DNA from: Chrysomallon squamiferum
Lineage: Eukaryota > Animalia > Mollusca
DNA: 64,000 nucleotides
Assembly (NCBI GenBank): GCA_012295275.1
Contig: CM022671.1
Location: forward strand, 29,140,001-29,204,000
Direction: 5' to 3'
Shown here: positions 1 through 55,205 of the stretch, piece by piece
How positions within the stretch are numbered: position 1 is the stretch's first letter
Layout of the letters: each line of letters begins with the position of its first letter
Notes under the pieces: model-generated
Told to the model about the DNA's origin: nothing
The model's input: the letters and a program-made list of their open reading frames with translations, nothing else
Database searches by the model: none
Made by a program: the position numbers and the translations under genes

Positions 1-44
1 CTATTTTTCTCTGAAGTAATTATTGTTTGAAAAAACAATCATAC

Positions 45-1213
45 CTGATCATCTTTAAAAAGCTTTTGATTTTCTGGTTCTACTTTGCAGACACCTTCAA
101 TTATCTTCTTGACTTCACCTAGAGATGTTGTTTCTTTAGCATCTGTGAAAATTGTCACCTTTTTTCGTCTGATCATAAGAAAAACATCCTGTAAAATGAG
201 AACAAAACATAATTCATATAGAACCATGCAAAAGAGAATATACATATAGATGTATCTATATAATAATTTTTATATCAATTAAAGATGCAGTTTGTGACAG
301 ATGATATTTCAAACAAGCTTTGGTCCTGACTAGTAAAAACAAAAAGCATTAATTTATTTCCTTTTTTCTACAGATAAACACATCTTTCATCAATATTTAT
401 TTATTATTATTTTTAATAATAAAAAAATATATATATATATATTTCTATTATTTATAACAATGTAGTTTTCTTTGCCGATTTATTATTAAAAGTAGTATGT
501 CATGATTCTTGTTCCTGAACATATTTACGCCTTATCCTTATAACATTAAAACTGTTAATTAGTTTGAAATGTGCTGGAACCAAAAACATCACCATTTGGC
601 ATTTCTATATAACACCACTTTTTAACAACTAACTTTACTAAACTATATTCCCATACTAATTTAATTTTGATATATGTTGTTTTTTGGAATACTGATAAAT
701 AGAAAGAGTAATTAACCAAAGCTTATTTCTAAAATAATAAAGTAACATAGTTACATATAGTTACTGACTCACTCTAAATTATAAATCACTTTTATAACAG
801 TAACTGCAACAAAGGGATGAAGATTGTAAGAAAGTTCAACTTCACTGCTATTTGTACATTTATATATATTTTAAAAATATTACAGCACATACATCAAATT
901 TGCTTTACTCACATTTATTAATAACTATTACATAATATATGAGGAATTTTATAAATAACCATTATCGGCATTTTGAATGATTTTTCATCCTGGTTAACTC
1001 AAATTATTCATGTTTGTTGGCAACGATACAGATCATACACTGATACATCATACAGGTAACATTTTAAAAGGACATGTTTAAAGTACTAACTAAGATTTAT
1101 TAACCCAATTTTCTGTGTAAATTGCATATTTTTCGTTAAAATCTTCAGGCAGCGATAAAACAAAAATTAAAGAAATATATACAATTATCTACACGATCTA
1201 TTTTCCTCACCAT
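45..1213 (-). CDS. ELOB: Elongin B (ubiquitin-like subunit of the Elongin BC complex), 5' part; gene continues off the left edge
   Basis: Exon 1 is ATG alone (1213-1211) followed by GTGAG. Exon 2 (188-45, tttacag acceptor, CAG|GTATGA donor) encodes [48 protein letters not shown], matching the Elongin B N-terminus [20 protein letters not shown]. Confidence 0.93.
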
Positions 1214-1257
1214 CTCTAAATGCTTGTGTAGACAACGACATCAAACGCCACTGGATA

Positions 1258-1270
1258 TGACGCATGCGCA
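1258..1270. promoter_or_regulatory. NRF1-like element overlapping a CRE half-site in the ELOB promoter
   Basis: TGACGCATGCGCA about 50 nt upstream of the ELOB ATG; the minus strand reads TGCGCATGCG, the core typical of housekeeping promoters. Confidence 0.5.
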
Positions 1271-1945
1271 GATTTGTAGAAAGTAATAATTCTTTTTTTC
1301 CAGTTATCTCCCATCTAAATAATGTAGATTTTTCTCGATATCCATATTTTAACTCCAACCTAAAGGAACAGAGTTATTAGTTTAATATATATTATTTTGT
1401 TGATCATATCTAACCATCATGATGTTGCAAGGGATATAATCCTCTAACTTCAGTGCATTAAAGCGATGGACAACAGACTACATTTATTGATTAGCAACAA
1501 ACTGTGAGAGTTTTCATGTAAATACAGACTTTTGACAAAGGAATGAGATCTGGTTGGAACAGAAAACAGCCCAGAGAGTACAATGAGCATGAGTGATTGA
1601 TACATTAGGCTTAGCTACAGGTCGTTCAGTGATCGGAGACTGAAGGTTGATCAAAAGTAAAATTTAAAACTGGTATTTTATATCTTTATCCAAACCTAAA
1701 GTAAATATATCAAATTCAGTTTTTAAAAGTTTTTGATATAGTTATTAAGAATAACATTAAAAAAGATGTATACAGAGAGCGGGAAAGACACAACTGGAAG
1801 TGATAATTATAATAAATTGTATGCAGGAAAAAACCCCAATAACGCTTAAAAAAAAAAAACAAACAAAAAAAAAAAAAAAAAAAAAAAAAAATAAAATAAA
1901 CAACAAAAAAAAAAAACGTGACTCTAATTTACACTAACTCGAACA

Positions 1946-3097
1946 CCGGTGTCTTCCCAACTGGTAGAATTCCCAGTTCGTAGAAAAAAAATCATCTACC
2001 GCAATACCTGATTACCTCTGTATATAATGAACTTGAACTGCACAGCGCATTGTTCCTAAATCAATTAAGTAACATCAACCGAAAGCAGAATAAGCGTTCA
2101 CTTTTGTTGTAGATTTTTTCCTTTTTCATTATTATCATCATCATTTTCCTCCTCCTCATTATCATCATCATAATCATTATCATCAACATTATTATTATTA
2201 TTATATTATTACTATTATTATTTTTGTTGTTATTATTATTGTTATTATTATTATTCGTATTCTTATTCTTATTCTTATTCTTATTCTTATTCTTATTCTT
2301 ATTATTATTATTATTATTATTATTTAAGCTGGTCATTTCTAATTCATAAACGTTTCCTTTCCGTTACAAAACAACCCACCAATAATAAACAATTTTACAT
2401 CAATTTCATCTATCTATTAAAAAAGAAAAAAAAAAAAAAAAAAAAGTGGCACGATGTTTTTTTGTTAATTCTCATGTCTTGCTTCTGTAAAAGAAAACGA
2501 CAAAAATATTATAAATATCTAATTTTATTCAGCAATATAATTAAAAAAAAAAAAAATATTTTACATTCGAGTAATTCATTTATATTCATAAATAGAATAT
2601 GTGAAAGTTACATTTATCATTAACTGTTCGAATTAAACTATATTCAGCTTAAACATGTTCAAGACATATGTTACTCAGCATAATTACGTTATGCACACAT
2701 ACATATTCACATTTTGCACACATACAATATATGTGACATAGTATATTAATAGTATGTACACTAAAGATATGATCTGCAAATACTTTGTCTATGACTGAAA
2801 AAGTTTATACGAAGGACTAAATCATTGGGAATACTTTTAAATGAATAGCTTCTTTTTTAATTATTTACATTCGATACATAGATTATTTCGATATTTGTCC
2901 TATTTGCAGTACTTTATACGATAAGCGATATCCATACTACAATAATACCTCAGATTAAAGATGTAGTTGGTTCCAAATTTCCAGATAATCTGGAACAGTT
3001 CATTATAATGACTGAGGTAAAACCAAGCATGTCAATAAGACCACTGAACTACATTTAGCCTTTCGACGAAATGGGAATTCTACCAGATGGGAGTAAG
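1946..3097. mobile_element. Degenerate non-autonomous DNA transposon (hAT-like MITE)
   Basis: 1955-1984 is the reverse complement of 3063-3092 at 27/30 positions. Identical 8-bp direct repeats CTCGAACA flank it at 1938-1945 and 3098-3105 (candidate target-site duplication). No transposase ORF inside. Confidence 0.6.
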
Positions 3098-5047
3098 CTC
3101 GAACAGCCATACCTTAAATTGGCTTATCTCCCTTGACATGGTAATAGCATAATACTGTTGAATCGGAGTATCTACCGAAAATAGCGCGTATGATAACACT
3201 GAAATTGCGCCTCTGTCCAAACGTTTGATGCCCTTCTTTCAGATCTCTTTATCATAAATTCATAATTAAAAGAAAAAGAAAAAGAGTTAAATTTAATAGA
3301 AAGTTCTCAGTATATCAAGAGCTATACCACTGAATAACTAAGGATGCTTTATTGTAATTTGTAACGCGCTGAAAATGAAAGCGTAGACTTTAGTTTTTCT
3401 AGTTACTACATGGTTTTGGTTTTAGTTAATGCTGTTCGTGTTTTATAATTATATGTATATATCCTGATATACATGTCGATCTTTTATTAGATCAATCCTT
3501 TGAAAACAAAAATGTACATATTAGCACTTCCATGAAGAAATATTAAATAAATTTAGTATTTCTGGTAATATCATTACAATAATAACTACAATGTTACTAA
3601 TAAATAAATCTGTACCCATGAAATGTTATAAAACAAATAACTGCAACAACAACAACAACAGTACTAATAGTTGTAGTGAAGAAAAAAGGAACTAGCATAA
3701 ATAATTATTTGTTGTTTTTTTTTGAAAATAATAATAATAATAAATATAATAATAATCAAGTTAAGAGTCTATATACAAATCTAGTCTGTTCATAAACTGT
3801 TTACATTCTGTTCGAGAATGCATTACTACCCAAAATGTGTTAACTTGAATTATTACTTTATTTAAAATTAAAAATCAAAATTACATTTTGTTTTCCTTTA
3901 TACTGATTTCAGTGCAGTTGTAACTAGAACGTATCTTGCGATTACTTCAGCGTTTAGCTAACTAATCATAAAATATTGCTTTCAATTTAGAGATACGCCA
4001 TTGTTATTTCACAAATGTTAAGTGGACAGGGCCTGTTTTCGTTTGTGGCTCTCGTATCTAAAACCACACGCGTTTAGTCAAAGTCTTTGTTCAGGTCACA
4101 TAATTTTGACAGGTTCCTGTGTTAATGTCACTGAGGTAAGTGTATGTAAACAGAAGCTTTGAATACACTTTGATAAAGACACTCAGTGTGGTCACATGGG
4201 TTGCGTGGTAACGCTCAAGTTCATCAAACGGTGGCAGTTGGTTAGCCGTAGCACTGAACTTTTAAAAAGTAGAGCGGTGAAAACAGAGAAATGTTCAGTG
4301 TAGTGTAAACTTAATCGTTGTGTTTGTGAACAGCTTAGAAATTTCTTCTCTAAAGAAAATATCTATATTATCTTCTTCTTCTTCTTCTTCTAATAATAAT
4401 AACGTTGCTAAAACAAAACAAAAATCTAAATTTGTGACAAATTTGTTTACGATCTGTAATAAATGATGTATCATCTAGAGCCAGAAACTCATCTACACAC
4501 AAAACCAACAATAACAACAACAACAGCAGCAGCAGCAGAAACAAACAAAAACTATGTTAATCTAATTTCGTGATAGCATACTTTTATTGCTATACATCAT
4601 TATTAGCAAAGACTAGTTGCTATCCATAAAAAAACCCATGAACACAAAGAGATTTTAAAATGTATTTAGATTATTTATTGTGGCAAAACCAATTATTTAT
4701 ATTGGTTGGTATGAAATTTATCTTTGTGTAATTTATCTGTCTCTTGTATTTATCTATTGACAGTTTATGAAATCCATGTTTGCTTTATACTTTGACTACG
4801 AAAATGATATAAAAAAAAGGACAGAATTACATTTACTCATATCGATGCCCATCCCCCCACCCCCATACGGACATCTATCTATATACCTACCTGCCTAATG
4901 AGTGTGTGCAAACTGTTTGCATATAAATATTGCACATTCATAAGTACACTGATACATACAAACATACATACATACACAGATATATACCTACACATCTACC
5001 CATCCATCCATACATGCGTATATACAAGCATACACACGTATATAAAT

Positions 5048-5089
<42 letters not shown>

Positions 5090-5533
5090 CACACAAACAC
5101 ACACGTTTTAATGTTTTTTATTTGCTAAAACTAGGATAGATGTAAAACGCAATTTGATTTCACAGAAAAAGAAGACTGATGTCATCAAATTCCTGCATTG
5201 TCAGTTATCTGAAGTCTTACAGTGATGTAATGAAACAGTCAACTCACTTGTTTGGAAAGGTGATTTAGTAACAGATGTAGGTCGACTATGGTACATGAAT
5301 GGAGTTTAATTAAGTTAGTTTATTTCGTTTAACTGTTCTTGTATTTATTTATTTAACTATTACTTTTTTTTATCTTTTTTTTTACTTATTTTATTTATTT
5401 TATTTTATTTTATTTTATTTTACTTTATTAGTTTATTACAAGTAACTTAGAACCGAGTCATTTAGTTCGGATTTTTCAAACTGGTACGAGCAATGACTAC
5501 TACTACTACTACTACTACTATTGCTATATATTT

Positions 5534-5637
<104 letters not shown>

Positions 5638-6457
5638 TGTTCGACATGGACAAAGACAAAAGTCGCTGACAGAGAATGAGAAGCGAGAAAAAGAAAAAAA
5701 GAAAGTAGATCTGATTTAGTGTGGAGGAGAAAGCTAAATATCGCGACGGACAAACAAAAATGGAGCCAACAAAAAAGAGCGAAGAAAAGATACACACTAA
5801 TAATATAATTAAATGCAGTTTTTATATATCATATTACGTAACATAGATATTCACGTACATACACATGCATGCACGCTACTTCATAAATGCAGAACGCGGC
5901 TAGGCAGGCATGTAACAGGCTATAAAAACTACTTTCGGTTTGATTATCGGAATGATTTTGATGTTTCCATCTGTACTGGAAAACTCCGTGTGTTAAGTTC
6001 ACTCAACGCTAACCGACTTAACAAGAACAAAACTAGAAGCCACGGTCCGGGGATTTCAAATAATATGTAAATAAATACGGACGAGTTTATTCACTAACAC
6101 CGCACGTTTAACTTAATACCGTTGGTGCGTAAACGCAATATAGAAACATATATGTAGGTTTGTAAACCGATATACATTACACGAAAGACAGACAGATAGA
6201 GAGACATGTGGTAGTTATAAATATACAGCTGTTTTTCTCACCACGTTTTATTTAATTTTTTTCTCCTGTCATATTAACGTTCAGTATATGATACTATGCT
6301 GACACAAAATTGTTTCTAGATAATCCACTCGAGCTTTCCAGCGCGTGAAGGTCGGAACCAGTGACATCGTTTTTTTGTTTTTCTGTGAGAACAATCGGGA
6401 AGTGTTTTTACCGTCCAACAGAAGTCACCGACTGCCATTGGACTGAATCCACGGCGC

Positions 6458-6467
6458 TATATATAAA
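6458..6467 (+). promoter_or_regulatory. TATA box of the SLC13 gene
   Basis: TATATATAAA in a locally GC-richer context about 380 nt upstream of the SLC13 ATG at 6845. Confidence 0.45.
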
Positions 6468-6844
6468 TTCATCAATAACCGTATCTCGAGCAACAAATCG
6501 GCTGGGTCCAGCAGAAGAGTGTTTTTAATAGAACGATAGCCGAAAATAAGTTCATTGTTTGACCTTCTGAATGAATGAACCCACGTGTGTTGTTTTGTGA
6601 AGTGACTGCAGTTATATATATATATTATTGTTTTGGTTTTTTTTTTTTCTCACTTGTGTAAGAACGTCGACTCCGTCGAAGAGCTTGGAACTATTAATAA
6701 GTCTTTTGGACTAAATGCGCGTGCGGGAACAGTAAACGTGAAACCTACTGTTGTACAGACTGTTACCGACCAACGCTAACATTCGCTTAAGGAACGTGAT
6801 TGTCAAAAGTAAAGAAACAAACATTAAAAGAAGAACCCCCCAAA

Positions 6845-31953
<25,109 letters not shown>

Positions 31954-34066
31954 AGGTTCTGTTGGCATTTCACAGTCAAAGCTACAGATAACAATGTAGC
32001 CTCAAGAGTGACACCATAAATGGCATAGAGCTTTTTTTTTTTTTTTAAACATTCATTTTAAATGCAACTATTTAAAGTTTAATATGCATTATTTTTATTC
32101 TTTTGAATAATAGTCTGGGTAAAAAAAAAAGAAGAAGAAAAAAAAGAAGAAAAAGGAAATAAAATGTAGAAAGATTTATTCATATAAAACAACCAAAGAT
32201 GTATATATACAGTGTGTTCGGAGAAAAAGTGTACAATATAAATGGCATTTAATTTTTTTTTTTTTAAATCTTTTTAATTCAGTAGGTTTTTACCAAATTA
32301 AAATATTTTTGTAACGGTTAGTTTGTGAGATGAAAAAGTATTGAAATAATCTTGAAATTAAGTAAATAAAATATGCAGATATATATCACAGTTATATTGC
32401 ACATGGCGAAACAATTTCTCTTTTCCTGTTTTTATTCATAAGATGGTTCAGAAATGATAACCAAATGCAGTCATTTTCAAAAAAAAATAAAAAAAAAAAA
32501 AATTGGCATTAATAATATAAAAACCAAAAGTCAAATAATTAAGTGAATAATAAGAAAATTAAATAATAATAATAATAGATATTTTTGTTATTATTATTAA
32601 AAACAGAAACTAACAATAATGATAAAAAAAAATGTTTTGTTTTAACTTTACCTCTCCTTTTATTAATGACAATAAGAAAAGAAACAAATAATGTAATATA
32701 ATTTCAATGTTTATTTGATTCTTACGTATTTAGAAAAGAATGAAACTGAAATAGCTAGAAAACGTTTAAATATTTTATATACTTTTATTTACGTATTTTC
32801 GTGGCATTTCCTAAAAGATTTTCGCCAAACAATCTAAGTATTTTTCATTATTTTTTGTTCTTTAATCAATTTTCATCAGCTTCTACCATTTTCTTTTTCT
32901 TTTTAAATAAAAATTTAATAATTATAATATATATTTTTATTAAATTGTTATCTATTATACATCTCGCATTTCGAATATTTAAAACTTATCTTGCCGAAGA
33001 AAAACAAGAGTTCTTTAAAGGAAAGACGACTGGCTTGAAATTTAAAGTCTTGCCTGATGTATTTTTCCTCATACAAAAAGACTATTTTGTTACCTCATAC
33101 CAGGAAATTATTATAGCTTTATTAAAACTTTTTTTTATATGAATTTGTTAAAATTATGTTATAAATATAACTAACAATTTGTTAAAACTATGTTATAAAT
33201 ATAACTACATTTGTAAAAACTATAACAGTTTGTTAAACGTTTGTTATAACTGTAATAGGTTTTAAATTTTTGTTTCAAATTTAAATATAACAATTTGTTA
33301 ATTTTATATATACATATGTACATACATTTTAAACTGTTATTACATTTATAACAATGTGTGGGTGTGACTGTGTGTGTGTGTGTATATATATATATACACA
33401 CACACGCTCGCACATACACATTGTTATAAATATAATAACAGTAAAAAGAATTCTCCATTCTCACTTATAATACATGTAATAATTCGGAAAAAAACAGGAA
33501 TCATCATCAGAACCATAAAACTAATTAGTATATTGATTTGAACAGACTCTTCTTAGAGTCTAACTATTTCAGTGTTCGTGTTATCGAAGCCGTTCAGTTG
33601 TTTTTTCGCGATGATACCGGTTTAACTAAACACAGTTTAACAGTGTTATTAATTTTCAAAGTGTTTAAACGCACTTAAAATCGAAACTTGACAACATTCA
33701 GTCACTGTTCAGGGGTTTGTTTAGGCTTTTTCTTTGTTTTTGTTACGGTGACTTTAAACAGTTGATTCATCCATTCCGTAGACGATCTAAATGATGTTAC
33801 ATTGTTTTTATTCTAGGTTTTTTTTTTTTTTTTTTTCTTCTAATGTTAAATTTTAGTTTCATTTACACCAATATGTCAAAAAAAAAACAACATTTCATTA
33901 AACTGTAAGTTAATCGAAAGTCATGTTGTTGCGAATACATATTTATATAGAGAATTGTATTCAGGAAAAAGAAGAAATATATATATATAGAGAGAGAGAG
34001 ATAGATAGATATAAATTTAATGTAAAATTAAACGTTAAAAATTCTTCATGTATTTTATAAAATAAT

Positions 34067-34111
<45 letters not shown>

Positions 34112-35912
34112 TATAATAATCATAATCATAATAATCATAATCATAATCATAATAATCAGAATCAGAAAAAAAGTAAAAACCAAAAAGCTAACAAAAAAAA
34201 AAAGGCTGAAACATGTTTATTATTTACTGTTTATTTGGACGAAAAGCAGAGGTGTGTATTTAGTTCTTATTACATTTTAGTGGAAACCAAACGATATAAA
34301 ATATTAGTTATGTGTGTACAAAGCTTTAATTTTGTTTTGTTCAGTATAATCAGGAGTGTTATGTAAACATCTTTACATTCAGGTTTTTTGACATTGGCAA
34401 CTACAAATATAAGTATTTTATATACTAAAACACAGACATGCGTGATATTCAAATAATTAGTTCACAATACTAATACATACAACAGAACATACATACATAA
34501 TGCATATACACATACATTCAGTATACACACAGAGTTAGACAGACAAAAACATACACGTAATCCATACATGCATAAATAATAAATATAGACTTATTTACAC
34601 TTACAAATATTATATATGTAGCAAGGCAGCTGATTTTAATAATTTAAAAAAAACACTATTGTATGTAATTATAGTTATTTTGTATCATTACTTGTTTCAT
34701 ATGTAATACTAATCATTCCTTTTAGGAAAACGTTTCAAACCTGTATGCATGTATGTATGTACGTACGTATGTATGCACGAATTCATACATACACAATCGA
34801 TAACTAGCGCGCCAATGTCTTTTAATTGAACATGTTTTGTGTTGTCTATCTGTGTGTTTTTTCTACATACACCAGCGGAGGAAATACGTGTATCATTACT
34901 GTGACTAAAACGAAAAGTGTCCTATAGATGTATTCCTTATCTAACTATGCACAGAGTTTCTATACAAGTGTTTATTTTTAAAGGTGTCGGCTTTGTAAGT
35001 TTGAATGTCTGTGTTTAATCACTGTATATTAAATGAGGAATGGGAACAGTCTAATCAAAACTGTTACGTTGATGATTGTTAATTGCAGGACATAATCCTA
35101 TTTTCATAGAAATCATGTTTTTATGTTCATTCACGTACATAATATACATACATATATATACATGCATACATACATACATACATACATACATACACACATA
35201 TACATATATATATATAATGTGTATACATCAGTACGTGTGTCAATACGTACACATAGATATTCATTCATACATTCATTCATACATTCATTCATATATACAT
35301 GCATACATGTATATAAATACTTCATTATTACTACAGATATTTTACGTATGTGTGTATGTGTGTATGTAGATATAAGAATATATACATATACTAACTGAAT
35401 GCAAATATTCAATGATATTCGTACATGCATACAATTCATCTTACCTGTAATAAAAATTATAGCACAAATAAAATTCTGTGAATTCATTCCGCGATCTAGT
35501 TTGTGCCAAAAGAATTAACGAAGACAGATAAAAATTGTGAATGAAGCTTCTTCAACAGTTTAATTTATATTTGTTTGGCTTACCACGTATTTGATTTAAA
35601 ATAAATATACATATAATTAAGTTAGTGTATATCATATGCTTTAGGGGTTTTTTTAATTTTTTATCTGAGCATAACATTTTTTGAAGTTTGAATACTAAGC
35701 ACAAATATATGTCGTAATACAATGCAAACAGTGACTAAATACAAAGTTGATAAAAGATAATACCATATTTTTTTTTTACTTATAATATAAATTACATTTC
35801 ATAAGATTTTTATAGTTATTGTAATGATAATAATTATTTTTATTTTTGTTTTTATTGTTGTTGTTGTTGTTGTTATTATTATTATTATTATTATTATATA
35901 TTATTATCATTA

Positions 35913-35955
<43 letters not shown>

Positions 35956-37382
35956 TTAATAATTGTATTGAATTTTTTCTATGAATCTTTTACTATAAAT
36001 AGTATCATCATCAGCTACACTCATCGTTATTCATTAAATTCCTTTTTTTAATTTTTTTTTATAATTTTTTTTTTAATATTATAATTTTTTGACCACACTT
36101 TCCTAACCGTCTTCCTTAATTCTTTGGCATCACATTTTTCACGTTTTCCTTATTAAAACAAAATTGGCAAAACACGTGTTTATAGATTAATTAATTAAAT
36201 GACTGATTGATTGATTGATTGGCACTTCTTTGGCAATGTACATTATAAATAGGTATATTACTCGTTTTGTATACACGGTTCAGGAAATAGGTTTATTGCA
36301 AGGTGTGTTTTAGATTACTTATTTGTAATTAATCTATATCTATATATACATATATATTTACAGATATAAACGAAATAAAAGTTTATATATAAAAAAGGTG
36401 CATATTTTTTATTTCTTTAGTGTGGTTTTGTTCATGTCAGTACATGTATTCTTGATGTGTTATTTTATAGCTGTGTGTGTGCGTTTCTGAGTGTGTGTGC
36501 GTTTCTGAGCAGGTATTTAGGACTTTTTTTCAGTGTGTAAGTAAAATGTAAAGTGTATTCATGGATTTCAAGTGTTTGCAGTTGATACTGATAAAAAACG
36601 AAAATAAAAACAATTTGCAGTAATTTGTAAAAAAATCTTTGATACAGCAAACATAATTAATTATAATGTAATTTTCTTTTTAAAAATATAGAATAAAAAC
36701 AAACAACAATAACAATAACAATCAGAACAACAATAATAACCATTCCCATCAATACAACAAAAATAATCATTATTACAGGAAGAACTATAAAAAATAGAAA
36801 ATATTAATAGTAACAGCAATAGTAATAAGACAAATAACAACAACAACAACAATAGCAGTAGTAATACTACTACTAATAATGATAAGATCAATAACAATAA
36901 AAATAACTAATAACAGCAATAGCAATAATAATAATAGCATCAATAACAATTTAAAAAACTATAATAACAACAGTAATAATATCAATAACAATTAAAAAAC
37001 TAACAACAGTAATAACAATAAATGTTTTTAAAAAACCCAGCAACAACAACAACAATATTAATAATAACAGCAATAACAATAATAATAACATCAATAACAA
37101 TAAAAATACAACAACAGCAATAACAATAATAATAATAACATCAATAACAATTTAAAAACAGTAACAACAGTAATAACAGTACATTTAAAAAAAAAAAACA
37201 CAAAAAAAAAAAAAAAGCAGCAACAACAATAATAATAATAACAACTACAACTACAACAAAATTAGCCCGGGGGACTTACATGCATCCTGCTTTTCGTGTT
37301 TAGTACATCCGGCCTCACCCCCAAGCCTTGAGGATAAACACACAGATTGTTACTAATCAAATGAATTTTCTAATTTATACGC

Positions 37383-37502
37383 GGAATTTCCGTTTCATTA
37401 AAAAAAAAAGTTAATTCACCTGTATAAAAATCGTGCGTATTGCGTAAAGCTAATTAGTGTGTGTTGTGTAACCATCCGAGAAAGAGAAGACGCTGAGAAC
37501 AG
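37383..37502 (+). promoter_or_regulatory. Putative core promoter and non-coding first exon of the Pif-like gene
   Basis: kB-like GGAATTTCC at 37383-37391, TATAAAA at 37423-37429, donor AG|GTGAAT at 37502, and a matching acceptor tttctatag ending 38993 just before the ATG at 39000. Confidence 0.5.
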
Positions 37503-37669
37503 GTGAATTACTTTTGTTTATATAATATAAATATACATATATTATATATACATAGTTCTAGATTTGGTTGCTTGCTCTTAATATCTTTGCATATATAATA
37601 CGTGTGTGTGCGTTTACAATAAGTCTTTTCACAAAGAGATTATGTTTTAGGTAGCATTTTCTTTCTTAT

Positions 37670-37731
<62 letters not shown>

Positions 37732-37833
37732 TATATATATATATGTATGTATCTATATATCTCTGTTTTTCTGTTTATCTATCTTTTGTTTTATCTATCT
37801 ACCTAGCTATCTGTCTATCTGTCTGTCTGTTTG

Positions 37834-37900
<67 letters not shown>

Positions 37901-37981
37901 TTATTTATCTGTATATCTCTGTTTCTCTGTTTATCTATATATTCGTTTATCCATCAATCTATCTATCTATCTACCTACCTA

Positions 37982-38014
<33 letters not shown>

Positions 38015-38234
38015 TTGTCTATCTATATCTATCTACATTTATACGAAACTACCTCTTTTACTACCTGGTTTTTCCCTGTTACCTTTTGATCTATTTAATA
38101 ATTATATCGATTCTTGAATACACTTTATTTCTGTTTATCAATAAATAGTAAAACAGAAAAAAAAAAAATGAAAGATGAATTAATTTAAAGAAAAAAACCA
38201 ACTCATCTTTTTTCATCTGTAATAGTATAACTTC

Positions 38235-38265
<31 letters not shown>

Positions 38266-38538
38266 TCTTCTTTTTATTAGAACATTTATGAATGAACGAG
38301 AGTGCCTTTCGGTTAGATTTCAATTAATTTGTACTAAAACTGACTGAAACGCCTAATTGCCAAAGGCAGCACATTTTCTAATTAGATTTAGAATTGCGGT
38401 TATCGTGTTATTAAAAATAATTACTGGACTGACTAAATTAAGAATAATAAAAAAAAATATATTGCTCTAGTAATTTCAAAACGTAGGGAAGTAGAGAAAA
38501 GAACTAAAGTTTCATTAGAATACCTTTTTCGGTATGTA

Positions 38539-38578
<40 letters not shown>

Positions 38579-38637
38579 AACACACATGCACCCAGAGATA
38601 GATAGATATAGATACAGAGATAGATAGATAGATAGAT

Positions 38638-38737
<100 letters not shown>

Positions 38738-38860
38738 AGGTACAGATATATAAGGGTTGCAAGGTTAAATATATTATATAAATATGGTTCAGTTACTGTT
38801 GCGTAAACGTTCTACTTTCTTTTTTTTTCTTCTTTTTCTCTTGTTGGTTATTATTATTAC

Positions 38861-38924
<64 letters not shown>

Positions 38925-38999
38925 TTACTATAATGTATTACCTACCTACTTGCATAAACACATATATATTTTTATTTTCTACTATTTCTATAGTTAAAA

Positions 39000-47797
<8,798 letters not shown>

Positions 47798-48158
47798 TAA
47801 ATTAAAATAAACTTTCTGCTTACCGCGAAATCGAAGATGCGTTTATAATTCCTTCTGCTTTTTATACTTACTTTACTTTATTTTTAAAATTTATACACCT
47901 TTCTGTTCAATTTTATTGTATCTTAAAAAACATTTAATACACTTTATTGTTTGTTTGAAACTTAAGTGTACTTCAGTTGTGATCTAACTGTTATCAGTTA
48001 TTTTTTTTAATTTTTTTTTTATTTATGTATTTTTTTGCTTTGTTATATTAAATATTTATTACTTTTTTTTTTTACGTCAGATATTTTGAATTTTCCTTAT
48101 AGGAAATTTCGAATTCTTACAACTAAAGTCATTATTATTGTTATTGTTATTATTATTG

Positions 48159-48216
<58 letters not shown>

Positions 48217-48611
48217 AAACCCTGTGAAATTACATGTGTAAATAAAATCTTATGTAAACATGTGTATGTAACATTTGTATGATGTATTTTTTTTTAAATG
48301 TATCCATTTACTTATATTTGTATAATGTGTACTCACGAAAGGCAGGTCCTTCTTTAGTGAAAGCAGATGTGTTTTTACTTATTAAATTATTAAATATTTT
48401 TTACTCTAATTAGGTTTTATTTTGTTTTCTGTTTTTTCAATTAAAGTTATTAACTAACCTTTAACTAACGTCTACATGAAGATACTTCGAATACCAGTTC
48501 TGATTTACCAATCATAAATTTAAACAAATAATTAAATATACTTTACCTCATGATTAATATTTTCTTTTGTCTGTACCAAGCTGTAACATTTTCTTTTCCC
48601 CTATTTATGTT

Positions 48612-48687
<76 letters not shown>

Positions 48688-48969
48688 AATTCTCTCTCTC
48701 TATCTATCTATCTGTATCTCTCTCTCTTTATGCATACACACATTCACATTTACATATGCACAAACAAACAATATTCTAAACTAACAGAGTATATAAAAAA
48801 AAATTTTAAATACAATTTAAAAAAGAACTCTCATTGTTATTAAGCGAACATTACTAACAGTAACCCGCACATTTAATAAAAACGTTTCATAAGGCCAGAT
48901 AAGAAAACAGTTATTGTTTTAATTATTATTTTCGACATGCAAGGACTATAAACCAGCAAACACAACAGA

Positions 48970-54757
<5,788 letters not shown>

Positions 54758-55100
54758 TTCATTTATTTTATCGCTAAAATAAGACAAGAAAATTCAGCTA
54801 TAATCTAGAAGATTGTAGAATTTTTTAAAAACGAAATCTACGCGGAATTTGCTCCCTTGACTATAAAATACCAACCCTCTTCAGTGACAAGGTATTTAAG
54901 GTCATGTGTCAGTTTTGCATGATGAATGTATGCCATACGCCATTCACATTAAATAGTATGGTCCATAAATAAGTAGTTCACCGGTTTGTTCGCATTAGAG
55001 TTTAGATCTTTTTATGTTGATTGATTTGGAAGTAGACAGAAAGAGAGAACGAAAGGGAGGGAGAGAGAGAAGAGGAGAGAGAGAGAAAGAGAGAGAGAAA

Positions 55101-55205
<105 letters not shown>

